Shown: positions 1 to 13,167 of the stretch, in pieces
Layout: each line of letters starts with the position of its first letter
Position numbering within the stretch: position 1 is the stretch's first letter
DNA from: Octopus sinensis
Taxonomy: Eukaryota
Length of the DNA stretch: 64,000 nt
Reading direction: 5' to 3'
NCBI RefSeq assembly: GCF_006345805.1
Contig: NC_042998.1
Coordinates: forward strand, 148,986,001-149,050,000
The notes under the pieces: generated by a model
What the model was told of the DNA's origin: nothing
The model's database searches: none
Seen by the model: only the letters and a program-made list of their open reading frames with translations
Program-made: the position numbers and the translations under genes

Positions 1-14
1 TATTAATAAATACA

Positions 15-724
15 TCTTTTATATATATAAAACTCAACTTGTGTGTCTGTGTGTGCATCTGTGTGCGTGTCTGTGTGTTTAACTTCCCGGCACATCTCCT
101 CCTAGCCAACAAATCGTAGAACCACCAAAAATGGGTCACTTAAAGTTTAGGCAAATGAAAATTGAACTGCGCTATTTCTGTTCCGAAATTCATCTCACAA
201 GTGCAAAAATCGATAATGTGTTTGTTTAGGTCTTATCCCATGCATTGAATAGTGAACTTTACTCAGTCTGCTGTTTGACGTGAACTGTGTTCACCACGCG
301 TGCAAGCATGCGTAAATTGCATGAAAAATAAAAAATCAAGATATAAAAACGAATCGCCGTAAACATTGTAGAAATTTGGTAAATAAATGGATTTTCGGGG
401 TGTAGCCTGGAGTGTTTTTTCGTATTAATCGTTTGGACTTTGTGAACACATACCAATTGTTTTCATAACATTTTTAATGCTTTGAATTAAATGTGACCAT
501 TTTGCGTTGAGTCTGCAATTTGAATCACTTTAACCAAATTTTAGCAGGCCGGATTTTTGATCATCACGATACATCGCCAGCGACTCAATGAAACTCTCCC
601 CTGAAATCCCCGTTGAGAAATCTATATATATAAAACTCAACTTGTGTGTCTGTGTGTGTATCTGTGTGTGTATCTGTGTGTGTATCTGTGTGTGTATCTG
701 TGTGTGTGTCTGTGTGTTTAACTT
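15..724 (+). mobile_element. Two tandem 5' portions of a non-autonomous Helitron-like family (15-620 and 621-~724)
   Basis: Both start at A|TC with TC(TTT)TATATATATAAAACTCAACTTGTGTGTCTGTGTG, the TC + TATATATAAA + (GT)n head also seen on the complete Helitron-N copies at 775 and 27657. No CTAG 3' end found for either. Confidence 0.55.
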
Positions 725-774
725 TTGGATCTACCAAGTTTCATTATTAAGGATGGAAAGTAGTGTGTAGCAAA

Positions 775-1148
775 TCTCTATATATAAAGCTGAAGTTGTC
801 TGTGTGTGGCAGGATTGGTAGCCCCTTCGAGACCTTGCAGCGCAAGTTGACCAAAATTAAGAGTATGATAGAAGAAGGCTTGCTCTTCATTCTGTAGAAG
901 ATAAAATTCAAATCAGACCATGTTAACACCAAAAATTACTTACATCAAAAAGGTGCTTTTTTCTATGAAAATCCCTATTTTTTTTTACGATTTTTGACTG
1001 CTGTGTCACCATTTTTCGGTGTATTTCAACTGGAAAAATGTTCACTTGAAGAGAATAACAAGTTGCATAATGTAAAATTTTTACTTTACAAAAATTCCAA
1101 TTCTAAAGGGTCGAAACAAACCCAAGCAACACCGGGTGATACTGCTAG
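775..1148 (+). mobile_element. Non-autonomous Helitron, complete (374 bp)
   Basis: 5' end A|TCTCTATATATAAAGCTG; 3' end CCCAAGCAACACCGGGTGATACTG-CTAG|T (degenerate GC hairpin then CTAG); A/T target, no TSD. The 3' end matches that of the copy at 27163. Confidence 0.8.
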
Positions 1149-1852
1149 TGGATACATATACAGATACATGCATAATCACATATTTACATATACACATACA
1201 ATATAAACATACAAAATAGTGCATGCGTTACATATGGGTATTATAGACTGTAATACGTATTTTTCAACGGGTAATAAGTATTTTTACAAGTAGCAGATTA
1301 TCAAAATATGGTCTGATGCATTAGCTATTACAAGAGTGAGGCCAAATTATGATTAGCCAAAGTCGAGAATTATTCAGTTGCATTGATGTAGGTAATAAAT
1401 CTTATTGGTGTATGTGTAGTAATTAAGTGTAAATTTAGGTATAAGAACGATTTGTAATTAAGGTACTAGCATCTTAGAATGAATTCCTCACGCTGATTAA
1501 TTACATTTGATTTAATTTTATTAATATGGAACGCCTCAGATACAAAGAGCTCACACCAGCCACCGCCACATTTATATGGTTGCACATTACATACAAAAAA
1601 ATCTACATTTATACACAAAGATAAGGCTTTAAGCTTTATCTTTATGTCTAAATGTGGATTTGTGCTTACGCCAAAGAAGTTTGAATGAAGAAGAGGACGC
1701 ACTAATATAAACATGTTTCTTGATAGGGTGCATACACGCTATATTTTTCCTAAAGCACTTGTTATTAATGGGACACAAGGACCTATTACGAAAGTTACAT
1801 AAAGCAAAGTTAGCCTAATTATTTGTATTATCATTATCAATACTATTATTAA

Positions 1853-2012
1853 GGCCGCGTGCTGGTAGAATCGATAATGCTTAGAGGTATTTCGTCCGTC
1901 ACTAGTTTTGAATTCAAATTCCACCGAGGTCGACTTTGCCTTTCATCCTTTCATGTAATCGACTAGTCCCTTCCCCATAAATTTCAGGCCTTGTGCCTTT
2001 AGTAGAAAGGGC
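1853..2012 (+). mobile_element. SINE family A copy (Deu/Nin-like central domain), internally deleted
   Basis: Contains TTCAAATTCCACCGAGGTCGACTTTGCCTTTCATCCTTTC, shared with >10 other copies in the window. Confidence 0.75.
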
Positions 2013-2828
2013 TATTAATGCTATTATTGGAATCAGGTACATCAATATGTTGATTATTAGCAGTAGATGCTGTAGTGCGGTTATCTAGATTACTGGAATT
2101 TATAGTATTAGATGGACGGTCATTTGTCGCAGTATTATAAGTTGCACAGTTTAAATTACTACGGTTAAATCTTGCTATATATTCAGCAATATCAGGCACG
2201 GCAGACTACATCAATTTAACCGTGTGTCTATTGAAAAGTTTGATACGGGTTAGATTCAGAGAAGCTTTTATCTAAAACTTGAAAAAATAGATGCAACATT
2301 TAGACTGAAATGTTGCTGCTGTTGTTGCTGTTGTCGTTTTTGGTATTGTTGTTGATGATGATAATGTCGTTGGGTTTCTCTTAGTACTGGGCATCTGTCT
2401 TTCCAGTTTACGAACAGTCTTCTTTGTGCTTGTAATTTTAGGGCTCATATAGATTATAACTTGTCCGTTGTTGCTGTTGTTGTTTTCCCACAAATCTATA
2501 TCGAGGGAGCTGAATCTAGAATCAAAGACATTCCAGCCATGACAATTCCATTTGTTCATTTTTGGGGGGCTGCATCATTACGTGTGTGATACTTCGTTTA
2601 AGTTGGTAGAAGGGGTAATTTGACGAAGATTAGGTTGCTAGTTCCAACAGGACGAGTGATCTCTAAGGTTTCTTTAGTTCGTCGTCGTTATCGCTGTCGT
2701 CGTCATTTCCATTGTCATGTCGTTATCGTCATCGTCGTCACCATTGTCATCGTTGTCATTATTGTCCTTATTATTGTCGTCATCATCGTCAGTATTATCT
2801 ATGTCATCGTCGTCATAACCATTATCGT

Positions 2829-3249
2829 TGTCATCGTCATCGTCGTAGCCATCGTCACCGTTGTCGTTATCGTCGTTTTTGTTATCGTCTTCGTTGTTGT
2901 TCTTGTCATCATTATCGTTGTTCAGATCGTCATCGTCATTACCATTGTCATTGTTATCATGATTGTCATCGTCATCGTCGTAGCCATCGTCACCGTTGTC
3001 GTTATCGTCGTTTTTGTTATCGTCTTCGTTGTTGTTCTTGTCATCATTATCGTTGTTCAGATCGTCATCGTCATTACCATTGTCATTGTTATCATGATTG
3101 TCATCGTCATCGTCGTAGCCATCGTCACCGTTGTCGTTATCGTCGTTTTTGTTATCGTCTTCGTTGTTGTTCTTGTCATCATTATCGTTGTTCAGATCGT
3201 CATCGTCATTACCATTGTCATTGTTATCATGATTGTCATCGTCATCGTC
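2829..3249. repeat. 135-bp tandem repeat, about 3 copies, built from GAT/GAC/AAC triplets
   Basis: Anchor GTAGCCATCGTCACCG recurs at 2845, 2980 and 3115 (period 135); units appear identical by eye. Confidence 0.9.
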
Positions 3250-3318
3250 ACTATGATTCTCGTTAACTTCGCCACCATTGTCATTGATATCATCGTCGTC
3301 GCCGTCGTCATTTTCAAT

Positions 3319-3530
3319 GCGGCCAGCTGGCAGAAACGCTAGCACGCCGGGCAAAATGCTGAGCAGTATTTCGTCTGTCTTTATGTTCTGAGTTCAAATT
3401 CCACCGGGGTCTACTTTGCCTTTCATCCTTTCGGATTCGATAAATTAAGTACTAGTTGCGTACTGGGGTCAATCTAATCGACTGGTACCCACCCAAAAGA
3501 AAACAATTTCGGGTAGAAAAGAATAATAAT
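3319..3530 (+). mobile_element. SINE family A copy
   Basis: GCTGGCAGAAACGCTAGCACGCCGGG head, TTCTGAGTTCAAATTCC B-box-like motif, GCCTTTCATCCTTTCGG..GATAAATTAAGTAC core. Confidence 0.8.
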
Positions 3531-3939
3531 GCATTCGTTATTCGCATTGTTGTTGATCTTACATTTGATTTTCATAATGTTGTTATTGATATTGTTTGGT
3601 ATTGCTGAAGTTGTTTCAGTTCTTGCTGTTGTCTTCTTCTTCTTCTTCTTCTTCTTCTTCTTCCAATCAGGACTCACGCCATTAGCCACAAAGAATAATC
3701 TCTAATTCGAGCCTACTCTAAGCTACTAAGATTGCGTGCGGCAACTTGAAGATCCATCCACCACATGCGATAGACTGGCGGTTGCACGGGCGCGAAAGCT
3801 ACGTTGTTATCTCCATTCCGTAAACGGTGGCTTTTAACGGGTGGAGAGCTGAACCATCCTGGGGTACAGAGGATTCGCAATCTAGACTAGGGTCTGAAAG
3901 TTTACCACGCCATAGTGGGTTACACCATGGTTCTTCTGC

Positions 3940-4141
3940 TTTGTGGCAGAAGTAGGAAGAAAGAGTGAGAGAAAGCTGTGGTGAAAGAGTAGAGCGGGGT
4001 TCACTACCCCTCCCCGCCGTAGCCTCGTGGAGCTTTGGTGTTTTTGTTCAATAAACACTCACAATGCCCGGTCTGGGAATCGAAACCGCGTTCTTAAGAC
4101 CGCGAGTCCGCTGCCCTAACCACTGGGCCATTGCGCCTCCA
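3940..4141 (-). mobile_element. tRNA(Arg)-derived SINE
   Basis: Minus strand reads GGAGGCGCAATGGCCCAGTGGTTAGGGCAGCGGACTCGCGGTC...GGTTTCGATTCCCAGACCGGGC: A box, TCG anticodon-like loop and B box, followed by a non-tRNA body. Confidence 0.7.
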
Positions 4142-4616
4142 CTCTTGCTGTTGTTGCAGACCTTATTGTTGTTGATACAATTGATGTTGTAACTGCCGTT
4201 GTTATTGTCATCATCGTCTTCATCGTCGTTGTTGTAAACGTTTTTGTAAAATATTGTTGCAGTTGTTATTGTACGTCTTATTGTTATTGTTGATGTTCTT
4301 AATGCTTTTCTTGTTGCTGTTGTTGTTCTTGTTGAAAATGTTGCTAATTATAAATTCTATGATCACATTGCCATGTGATCCAATGCAATAATTGTTAGGT
4401 ATATTTCTCAATGTCTATCATCCTATACGTTACTGCAGTTACTGCTGCTGCTGCTGCTGCTGCTAGTGCTGCAAGTGCTGCTGCTTCTGTTGTTGATAAC
4501 GCCGTTGTTGCCACTATTGTTGTTGTTGTTCTTTGTTTCTGTTGTTATTGTTGTTCGATATGATAGCAACAATGGCAGTATTGAATTGAATCTCTTAAGC
4601 CGATATCTTCACACAG

Positions 4617-4655
<39 letters not shown>

Positions 4656-4759
4656 AACAAACAAACAAAAAAACACGCATAAACGCACAAAATCAAATGA
4701 AATAAGCTATGAAAGTAACTAGAAGTTAACAATTAAGTAATTATGTGTGTGCGTGTGGT

Positions 4760-5740
<981 letters not shown>

Positions 5741-6602
5741 ATACACACAGCAAATAGAGGAACGCAGATTTTCGTGTACGTGTTGACGGAAGTGGGAATT
5801 AATTTTCGGAACAGAGGCATTAAATTAAGAGCTTATACAATGAGACACAAATTCTAATCACGATATCTATATTTATATGTGTGTGTGTGACGGTCTCACT
5901 ATCAATTCCAACGATATTTTATCTTGTATGACTAACAAACTAATTGAGTGCGTAGAAACACCAACAAATATATGCTAAGTTCATCTTGTAAAGCAGTAAC
6001 CATTGTATACGAAGCTTAGGTTATCTCCAACTCACCAAACCTGGGCATTGTGCACATACGCTACATAGGCATGATTGAGGAAAAGTTGAAACGTAGTTTA
6101 CTGAGCTTTACTATCTCCACACTACAGAAGAAAATATCTTAAGTAATATTTTCTACATATTGCCCTTATATATCCTTATATAAAGCCTTATATATCCCTA
6201 TGTTTTATTTCTAATTTATTTTCTCGTCTTCTTAAGCCAGTATCACTAATCAAATACATTCGATTTTATTTTATCAACTACAAAAAATTAAAATATTACA
6301 CTCGGGTCCTATTTCAATACACGAACTTCTCAAAGACAGAATTTCACATATTTGCATGTTCAATGGAAAAATTACTCCTTAGCGCATTAAGAAGACTTTG
6401 GAGTATTTCATTGTTTACTCGTCCACCTGGGGTGATAAAATGCATTTTATTCGTTATTTTAGTGCTTTCTGTAATCAAGGTTTACTAGACTTCATCTCAT
6501 GAAAGAACGAGAGGAGGTGACCACTACTATGAAGGTAACCCTAATGTGAACATAAATACATCCTTTTCACACCCATTTACAGACTTAGGGCAACAACATT
6601 AA

Positions 6603-6990
6603 AGTATTTTATTCTTTTATTCTTTTACACGTTTCAGTCATTTGATTGCGGCTATGCTGGAGCACCGCTTTATAGGGTTTTAGTTGAAGATATTAACCCT
6701 AGGGCTTATTTTTTGTAAGCCTAGTATTTATTCTATCGGTTTCTTTTGCGAATCGTTAAGTTACGGGGACAACATCCGTTGTTAAATGATGGTGGGGGAT
6801 CGAACACAGGCGCAAAGACACACACGCATAAGTCCACACAAACACATGTGTACGACAGGTTTCTTTCAATTTCCGTCTACTAAATGCACTCAGACTGGTC
6901 AGCCCGAGGTACCAAGGTACCACGCAGTGGGACTGAACCCTGGAACATGTGGTTGGGAAGCAAGCTTCTTACTACACAGCCATGCCTGCG
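6603..6990 (-). mobile_element. SINE family B copy (tRNA head, CORE-like body)
   Basis: Plus strand TTTCAGTCATTTGATTGCGGCTATGCTGGAGCACC ... TTTCAATTTCCGTCTACTAAAT ... GCAGTGGGACTGAACCCTGGAACATGTGGTTGGGAAGCAAG; same family at 9065-9450, 9684-9990, 24645-25260, 34795-35225, 38905-39365, 43145-43270 and 56183-56390. Confidence 0.75.
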
Positions 6991-7489
6991 CGTATGAAAA
7001 TAATAAAAGGAAGGGAAAATGTCGGAAAAAAGGCACCAAGTATGAACGGTGATAGTAAACGAAGGGGAAAAAGTAGAAGAAATGTCATTGAACCTAACAT
7101 ATCGGCTTGAAAGAAGAAATATAGCAAAATTGTTACAAATTGATCCGCCTGGGAGTTGAGTGGAATAGCAAACATTGTATTTGATATAAATTTGTCATAC
7201 AACATCAAAACAGTTACAGCAACATGGGGAACAACAATACTTAAAGAACAACCCTAACGAGAACCACGATAATGACAAGGACGACTACAGCAACAAGAAG
7301 AAGAGCAACAACAACAGCAGCATCGATATCTGCAAAACAACACTTCCCAACAACGATGACAACGACTATCGACTATAGAGACAGGAAGAATAATAAATCT
7401 TTTCCACTCACCTTATGATAATCTTCATTCAAACTAACTGTTCCACATTAAACCACCACCACCACTACTACTACTACTCTTGTGTCTCA

Positions 7490-7880
7490 GTGTTAGCCAC
7501 CTTATATTTTCCCATAATACAAAAATTGAAACAGAATATTTCTAAACTTCTTCCATGGCTTCAAGACGGTTCCGAAACTGACGCATGTGTTCCTGGGAAG
7601 ATCTTCGAACACTTCCTTGATCGTGGCCATTAGCTCGGCCTTGGTGCTGCATGCAGAGCTGTTTGTTGGTGTTTTCTTCAGCCGCGCCCTACAAATAGTA
7701 ATCCAAAAGATTACAATCAGTGGGTATTTAAAGGCCAGAAATTAAATCCGGTAAAGTCGTAGAAATTCTCATACAGCCATTTCTGACTCTCTCCGGAGGT
7801 ATGACAAGGAGCTAAATCCTACTGCCACACATATGACGTTCAAGCAGCAACCCTCTCCAGCCAGGCTTTGACCACAGTCT
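7490..7880 (-). mobile_element. Tc1/mariner (DD37D/maT-like) transposase 3' relic
   Basis: Minus-strand translation gives AWLERVAA..YVWQ*DLAPCHTSGESQKWLYENFYDFTGFNFWP; homologous to the relic at 20814-21883. Confidence 0.7.
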
Positions 7881-9600
7881 ACACTGCAAAAGCGAAATAC
7901 TGCTTCCTTAACAGCAATTAATATTTGCGTACCTGTTGCCAGGAATGTGTTTAGTATGTAAATTGTTCTATCCAACTGCGTCACACCGCTAAATTTAGTG
8001 AGTATTTAAGCAATTTGTTCGTAGATAGTTAATGGGTTGGATGAGGTGCTGATGAAAGAGCAATAAATCTAGAAATATGCATATACACCCATTACCTAAT
8101 TTTTTCTGTCTTCGATTGCATTGTTTACATAGATGTAATAGTTTACAAAACTTCATAACTTTCAATGCTGGCTCTGAATTCTATAGGAAATCTATAGAGT
8201 TAAACTTAAAAATGAAAACATCGCAATGCTGACATGCATGTTTGTATGTAGACATATTATTACACCCTGCTGTATTCATAATATCTATTCATGAATCTAT
8301 ACACAGTACAACATTATGTGTGTCTATATGTATTTTTGCGTCCATGAATTTAAGCATTCGTGACTTTTGTATACACATGTATTTATTTTCATACACCACA
8401 AAGGTTAAAATAAAATAAACAACTAGGTGTGTGAGTGTATGTGTGTGTATATGTGAGTGTGTGTGTTTATCATACAGGAAATTTTACATAAGAGTTTAAT
8501 AAGTGGATGATGTATTATTATGACTACCGCGGTGAGTTTGCATGCGAGAGAATCCTAATATTTAAGTTGATGCCATCAATTGATGCAGATTATGTTATAC
8601 ATCAAAATATTAAATTTGAATGAAAACCTTAACAAGGTAAGGAAATAATTTTATTCTCAAACACAGGATAATGCTAATAATATAGAATGAACAGGATAAA
8701 CTATCCATATTTTGCAGAAAAGTGTGTCGGCGAGGATGAGTTCTAGCTTAGTGATAGTGCAGCTCTCTCTCTCTTTTTCTTTTGCTCCGTTTTTCTTGCT
8801 CTGTTTATATATCTCTTTATGTCTTACTCACTCTCTCTTTCTCTCTCTGTCCCCCTCCTTGTTTTTCTCTATGTCTCTCTTTCTCTCTCCGTCTCTATCT
8901 TTCTCCATCACTTTCTTTTTCCCTTTCTCTCTCTGTCTCTGTCTCTCTCACACACAGTGACTCTCTCTCTCCCTCTTTCGCTCTAGCTGTCACATCCTTG
9001 AAGGCAATGCTTTTTCCTTTATTTAATTAAAAGAAACAAATGATTAAACATTTTTAGATAATTGAATTAAATGCTTCAGCTTATGGTGACGTTGTAGCTA
9101 CGTGGTTTCGGGTTCACTCCCAATGCGCACCAACATGGGCAAGTATTTTCTACTATTACCTAGGACCAATCAATACTAAGTAAATGAATTTGGTTGATGG
9201 AAACTGTACGGAAGCCTGCCATATGACGGATATATTTATATCTTTGTGCGTTTGTATATGTATAATTGATAATTGGCGTTGGTTTGTTTACCTCCCCGTG
9301 ACTATGTACAGAAAAAGAGACAGATGCAGTAAGTACCAGACTTAAAACAGAAATTAAATCCTGGTGTCGATTTGTTCAATTAAAACCCTTTAAAACCACA
9401 GCATGGCCGCAGTCTGATGACTGAAGTAAGTAAAAGAATAAAGGATAAAAGATTTATTGATAGGTAGATAAATAAAGAGGCAGACAGACAGACATATAGA
9501 TAGACAGATAAGTAGATAGAGAGAGAGAGAGAGAGTCGGGGAAAGAGAGGGAAAGGGAGAGAGAGAAAATGGCTGAATACACGACTGGCAGGGTGCTTAA

Positions 9601-9679
<79 letters not shown>

Positions 9680-9683
9680 GTGC

Positions 9684-9990
9684 AGGCATCGCTGTGATAA
9701 GAAGCTTGATTCCCAACCACATGATCCCGAGTTCTGTCTCGCTGCGTACCGCCTTGTGAGTGAATTTGGTTGACGGAAATTGAAAGAAGCTCGTCGTATA
9801 TGTGTGTGTGTGTGTGTGTGTGTGTTTGTATCTGTGTTTGTCCCACCGCCACCATGACCCATAGAATAAATACCAGGCTAATAAAAAAAATAAGTACTGG
9901 GGTCGATACATTCGAGTAAAAATTCAAGATGGTGCCCCATCATGGCCACCGTCTCATGACTGAAGCAAGTAAAACGAAAAGATATTAAAA
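9684..9990 (+). mobile_element. SINE family B copy
   Basis: GCTGTGATAAGAAGCTTGATTCCCAACCACATG head; GTGAGTGAATTTGGTTGACGGAAATTGAAAGAAGC; 3' CATGGCCACCGTCTCATGACTGAAGCAAGTAAAA. Confidence 0.75.
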
Positions 9991-10689
9991 TTGTAAAATT
10001 GTAAATCATCTGAGAACGCCGTATTACGCAGTAAATTTATACATGTTTTAACTGGTTGCCCTGTTATGCAAATTAGACTGATTATGAGGGTCTAATTTGT
10101 AAATGTAAATAGGATAAATATAGCTATAAAGCCACTAATACCTCTAATAAATTGGACACAAATTGGATAGTTTTTTTCTGCCTGATGAAGATGTATGAGA
10201 AAGCTAAATTTTATTTTGATCCATTCCCTTTGTTCTTCTCTTGCATCTCACATCGAGTCTCAATTAAAATATTTAATTTTTAAAATATCTATTCTGTGAA
10301 TTTCTGATCATTCAAAAGCCGTGTGTGTGCGTGCGTGAGTGTGTGTATGTGTACAGAGAGAGAGTGAGAGAGAGAGAGAGAGAGGGAGAGAGAGATAAAC
10401 AGAGACAGAGAAAGAGAGAAAGAGAGAGAGAATGGAAGGGTTGAGATACATAGATAAATTTATGGAAGGGTTGGCCGGGTGTACAAAAGGAAGAAAAGAT
10501 CACTAAAATCGTTTCGAGGAATCTATATATTTGACCTGAACTGCTTAACGTTTCACAGACATGAAAAAACTACTCTTTATCATTCTGAGAACACACGCAC
10601 ACACGGGCACACACGCACGCACGCGGGCGCACGCATGCACACGCATGCACACGCGCACTTGCATGCATTATGCATGTATGTATGTATGC

Positions 10690-12620
10690 CATTATTCAGT
10701 TTTATTTCAAGATTTCTTGCCAATAGAGAAAGATCCGGTTCCTAAACTAGGCCAGAGGCTCCTTCATTGAGATTTCAACATCAACAGGTTATTTTTGTAT
10801 GTATGTATGTGTGCAGAGTTGTAGGTTTTGTTTTATGTATGTATTCTCATGCATATACTTGCATATCTAGACATGCTCATATATACATAAATGATAAACT
10901 TCTGGAAAGTTTTATAGATATTTACAGTTCCAGTGATGGCTTGGATTTGTAGTCTTTGAATCAGCTTTCTCCTTTCTTATTTTGAGAAGACTGATTTCTC
11001 AAGATTGGTATTTAGGCAGTGTGTGACATATCCCAGTGCCCTAATAATTACAGGAATATATCTGCACTTGTAATCTGAAAAGAGTAACTGTAGATTTCTC
11101 AATAGTTCAGCGTGGGTATTTTCTTTTTCGCTGGTCTTAGTATTAAGTTAACATCTGCTGGGCAACTAATTCCCCCAACGGTATAAAGTTTCTTTTCTCT
11201 ATCCCAAATTACTATGTTAGGTCTAAGGTGTTTACATTTTATTGAAGTTTTCACTGGGATATTCCACCAGTTCTCCTTTTTATTATTAGAGCCTGCTGCA
11301 AGTTCTTATTTCTTTAGCCTCGGTGTTGTCTTTCCGACGAATTTCATTATCAGTGTCCCAGCTACAACATCATGTCTCATCGGTTGATAATACTGTGACA
11401 GCATTCTTGGAGAACTGCTTATGATGTGGATGATATCTTCAGTGTTAACTCCACAAAGTTTGCATCAATTATCACATTTTGCTGCTTTTCCTGCGTCTCT
11501 GTCCTTTTTGTGCATCAGGTATTTGATTGATGTTTCTTGTTCCTGGACTGCAAACGTATACCCTTCAACGTGGCAGCTAGTAAACCGGTTGCTGGACCAT
11601 GATAGACCGCTATGATGATCAATGTTAATATCATCTCGGAGCCTTCTGCTCGTATACGCTCATCCTTTCATCTGATGATGCATCACGTAGGGTTGTGTGT
11701 CTTCTTTGGGCATGAATTTAAGGTTATGAGACAAGGAATGCTACCGAAGGAGTTACTTTCCACGTCTTATGATGTTATCAGCCTCATGTATGCAAACTTT
11801 GTCAAGAGATGCACTTCGATATTTGGTGGTTAAAAGATGTTGCCGAAGGCATATGATACAACATTCAAAGACAGTCTGGATAGTTGTTAAGTCTCTGCCC
11901 TTTGTTTTCGCTTTAGGTAGAGGCGGTTTACGTCACTGTTGATTTGGAAATTATGTGTGCTTGTTAGTATTTTTCGGATTTTCATATCAATGGCTCGGAT
12001 CCCATCAAGCGTCCAATCAAGTAAACCAATGTTGGCATGAGTACTGGCACTGCAAACACATTGTGAGCCATAGTTTTATTGAATGTTGCGAGTTCCGAAG
12101 TGAAAATTTACTTTATTAGGCTGTAATTTTCTTTGGTAGCACGTATCTTTTTACAGGCACCATTTTACGATATGTTTTCATTCACCCCAAGGTATCTGTA
12201 ACATTTTTCGTTGGATACAGTGGAAACAATTAAGTCATTGATAAAGATGTTGTTAGCCTGTTTTACAGTTTTCCCTCTTTTCACAACCATATAGCAGCAT
12301 GTATGCTGACCAAATTCCAAAGCTATATCATTTGAGAATGTTGTAACTAGGTCAAGGCTTTCTTTCATCTCATGCATATTCTTTGCATATAGTTTCAAGT
12401 CATCCACATAGAAACAGTGAGTAATTTTGGTATTTCTGTTTCCTCGTGAACCAGTGAGAGGTCCTTCAGACGTCATTAAGATGAATGACAAGGGGTTTAC
12501 AGAAGGTATAAACAACATCTCAGAGAAGCTGTCCCCTTGGAATATGCCTCTGCGATAAGCACATACTGTGTGTGTGAGAGAAACTGCAAAAATATTAAAG
12601 CAGTCTTTAATATTCATGCT
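10690..12620 (-). mobile_element. R4/Dong-like non-LTR retrotransposon, 5'-truncated and decayed (RT, CCHC, restriction-like endonuclease)
   Basis: ORF 12165-12707 contains RRGIFQGDSFS, HCFYVDDLKLYA and YRYLGVNE. Downstream manual translation gives FAVQEQE, CKLCGVNTEDIIHIISS..YQPMRHDVVA (decayed CCHC) and ISCPADVN...YIPVIIRALG (RLE region). Confidence 0.85.
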
Positions 12621-12626
12621 AACCTT

Positions 12627-12844
12627 AAGGCGGTGGCCTGGTAGAATCGTTAGCATCTGGGCACACTGCCTAGCGGCATTTCGCCCGTCTTTGCCTTCTG
12701 TGTTCAAATTCCGCCGTGGTCGACTTTACATTTCATTCTCTCGGATTCGATAAAGTGAGTACCAATTGAGTGCTGGCATCAATGTAATCGACTTACCCCT
12801 CCTTCAAACATACTGACCTTGTGCCAAAATTTGAAACCAATATT
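12627..12844 (+). mobile_element. SINE family A copy abutting the 5' end of the R4/Dong fragment
   Basis: GGCGGTGGCCTGGTAGAATCGTTAGC head, TTCAAATTCCGCCGTGGTCGACTTT core, GTGCCAAAATTTGAAACC tail. Confidence 0.8.
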
Positions 12845-13078
12845 CATGTTAAACTCTGATCCTTACACTAATTATTTCCTCATTAACGCAAGTTTTATTT
12901 GAATCACTATAACAAAATGCGACCAAACTGGACTTTTGAAGTACAGGTATAATCCAGAGAGAGTGGTGGAAGAACGAGAGAGAGAGAGAAAGCACGAGTG
13001 AGGGAAGAAAAGAACGAGAAAGAAAGGGAAAGAGAACGAGAGATAGATAGATAGACAGATAAAGAGAGAGAGAGATAA

Positions 13079-13109
<31 letters not shown>

Positions 13110-13114
13110 TAGAT

Positions 13115-13167
<53 letters not shown>

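Noticed and set aside
259-456. Possible Helitron helicase C-terminal remnant (FS..QLY.AC.RV-like words on the minus strand)
   Set aside because: Needs several frameshifts over a few codons, and its orientation conflicts with the plus-strand Helitron head.
2620-3354. Long Asp/Asn-rich (minus) and Val/Ile-rich (plus) ORFs
   Set aside because: Open frames are a by-product of triplet repeats lacking stop codons; no splice signals or non-repetitive coding flanks.
4075-4141. tRNA-Arg-like sequence
   Set aside because: Acceptor stem does not close and it continues into a repeat body; it is a SINE head.
10182-10262. CTGATGA followed by a long possible stem II (GATGT.TGAGA/TCTCACATC)
   Set aside because: The GAAA half reads GAGT and no convincing stem I or III; at best a dead remnant.
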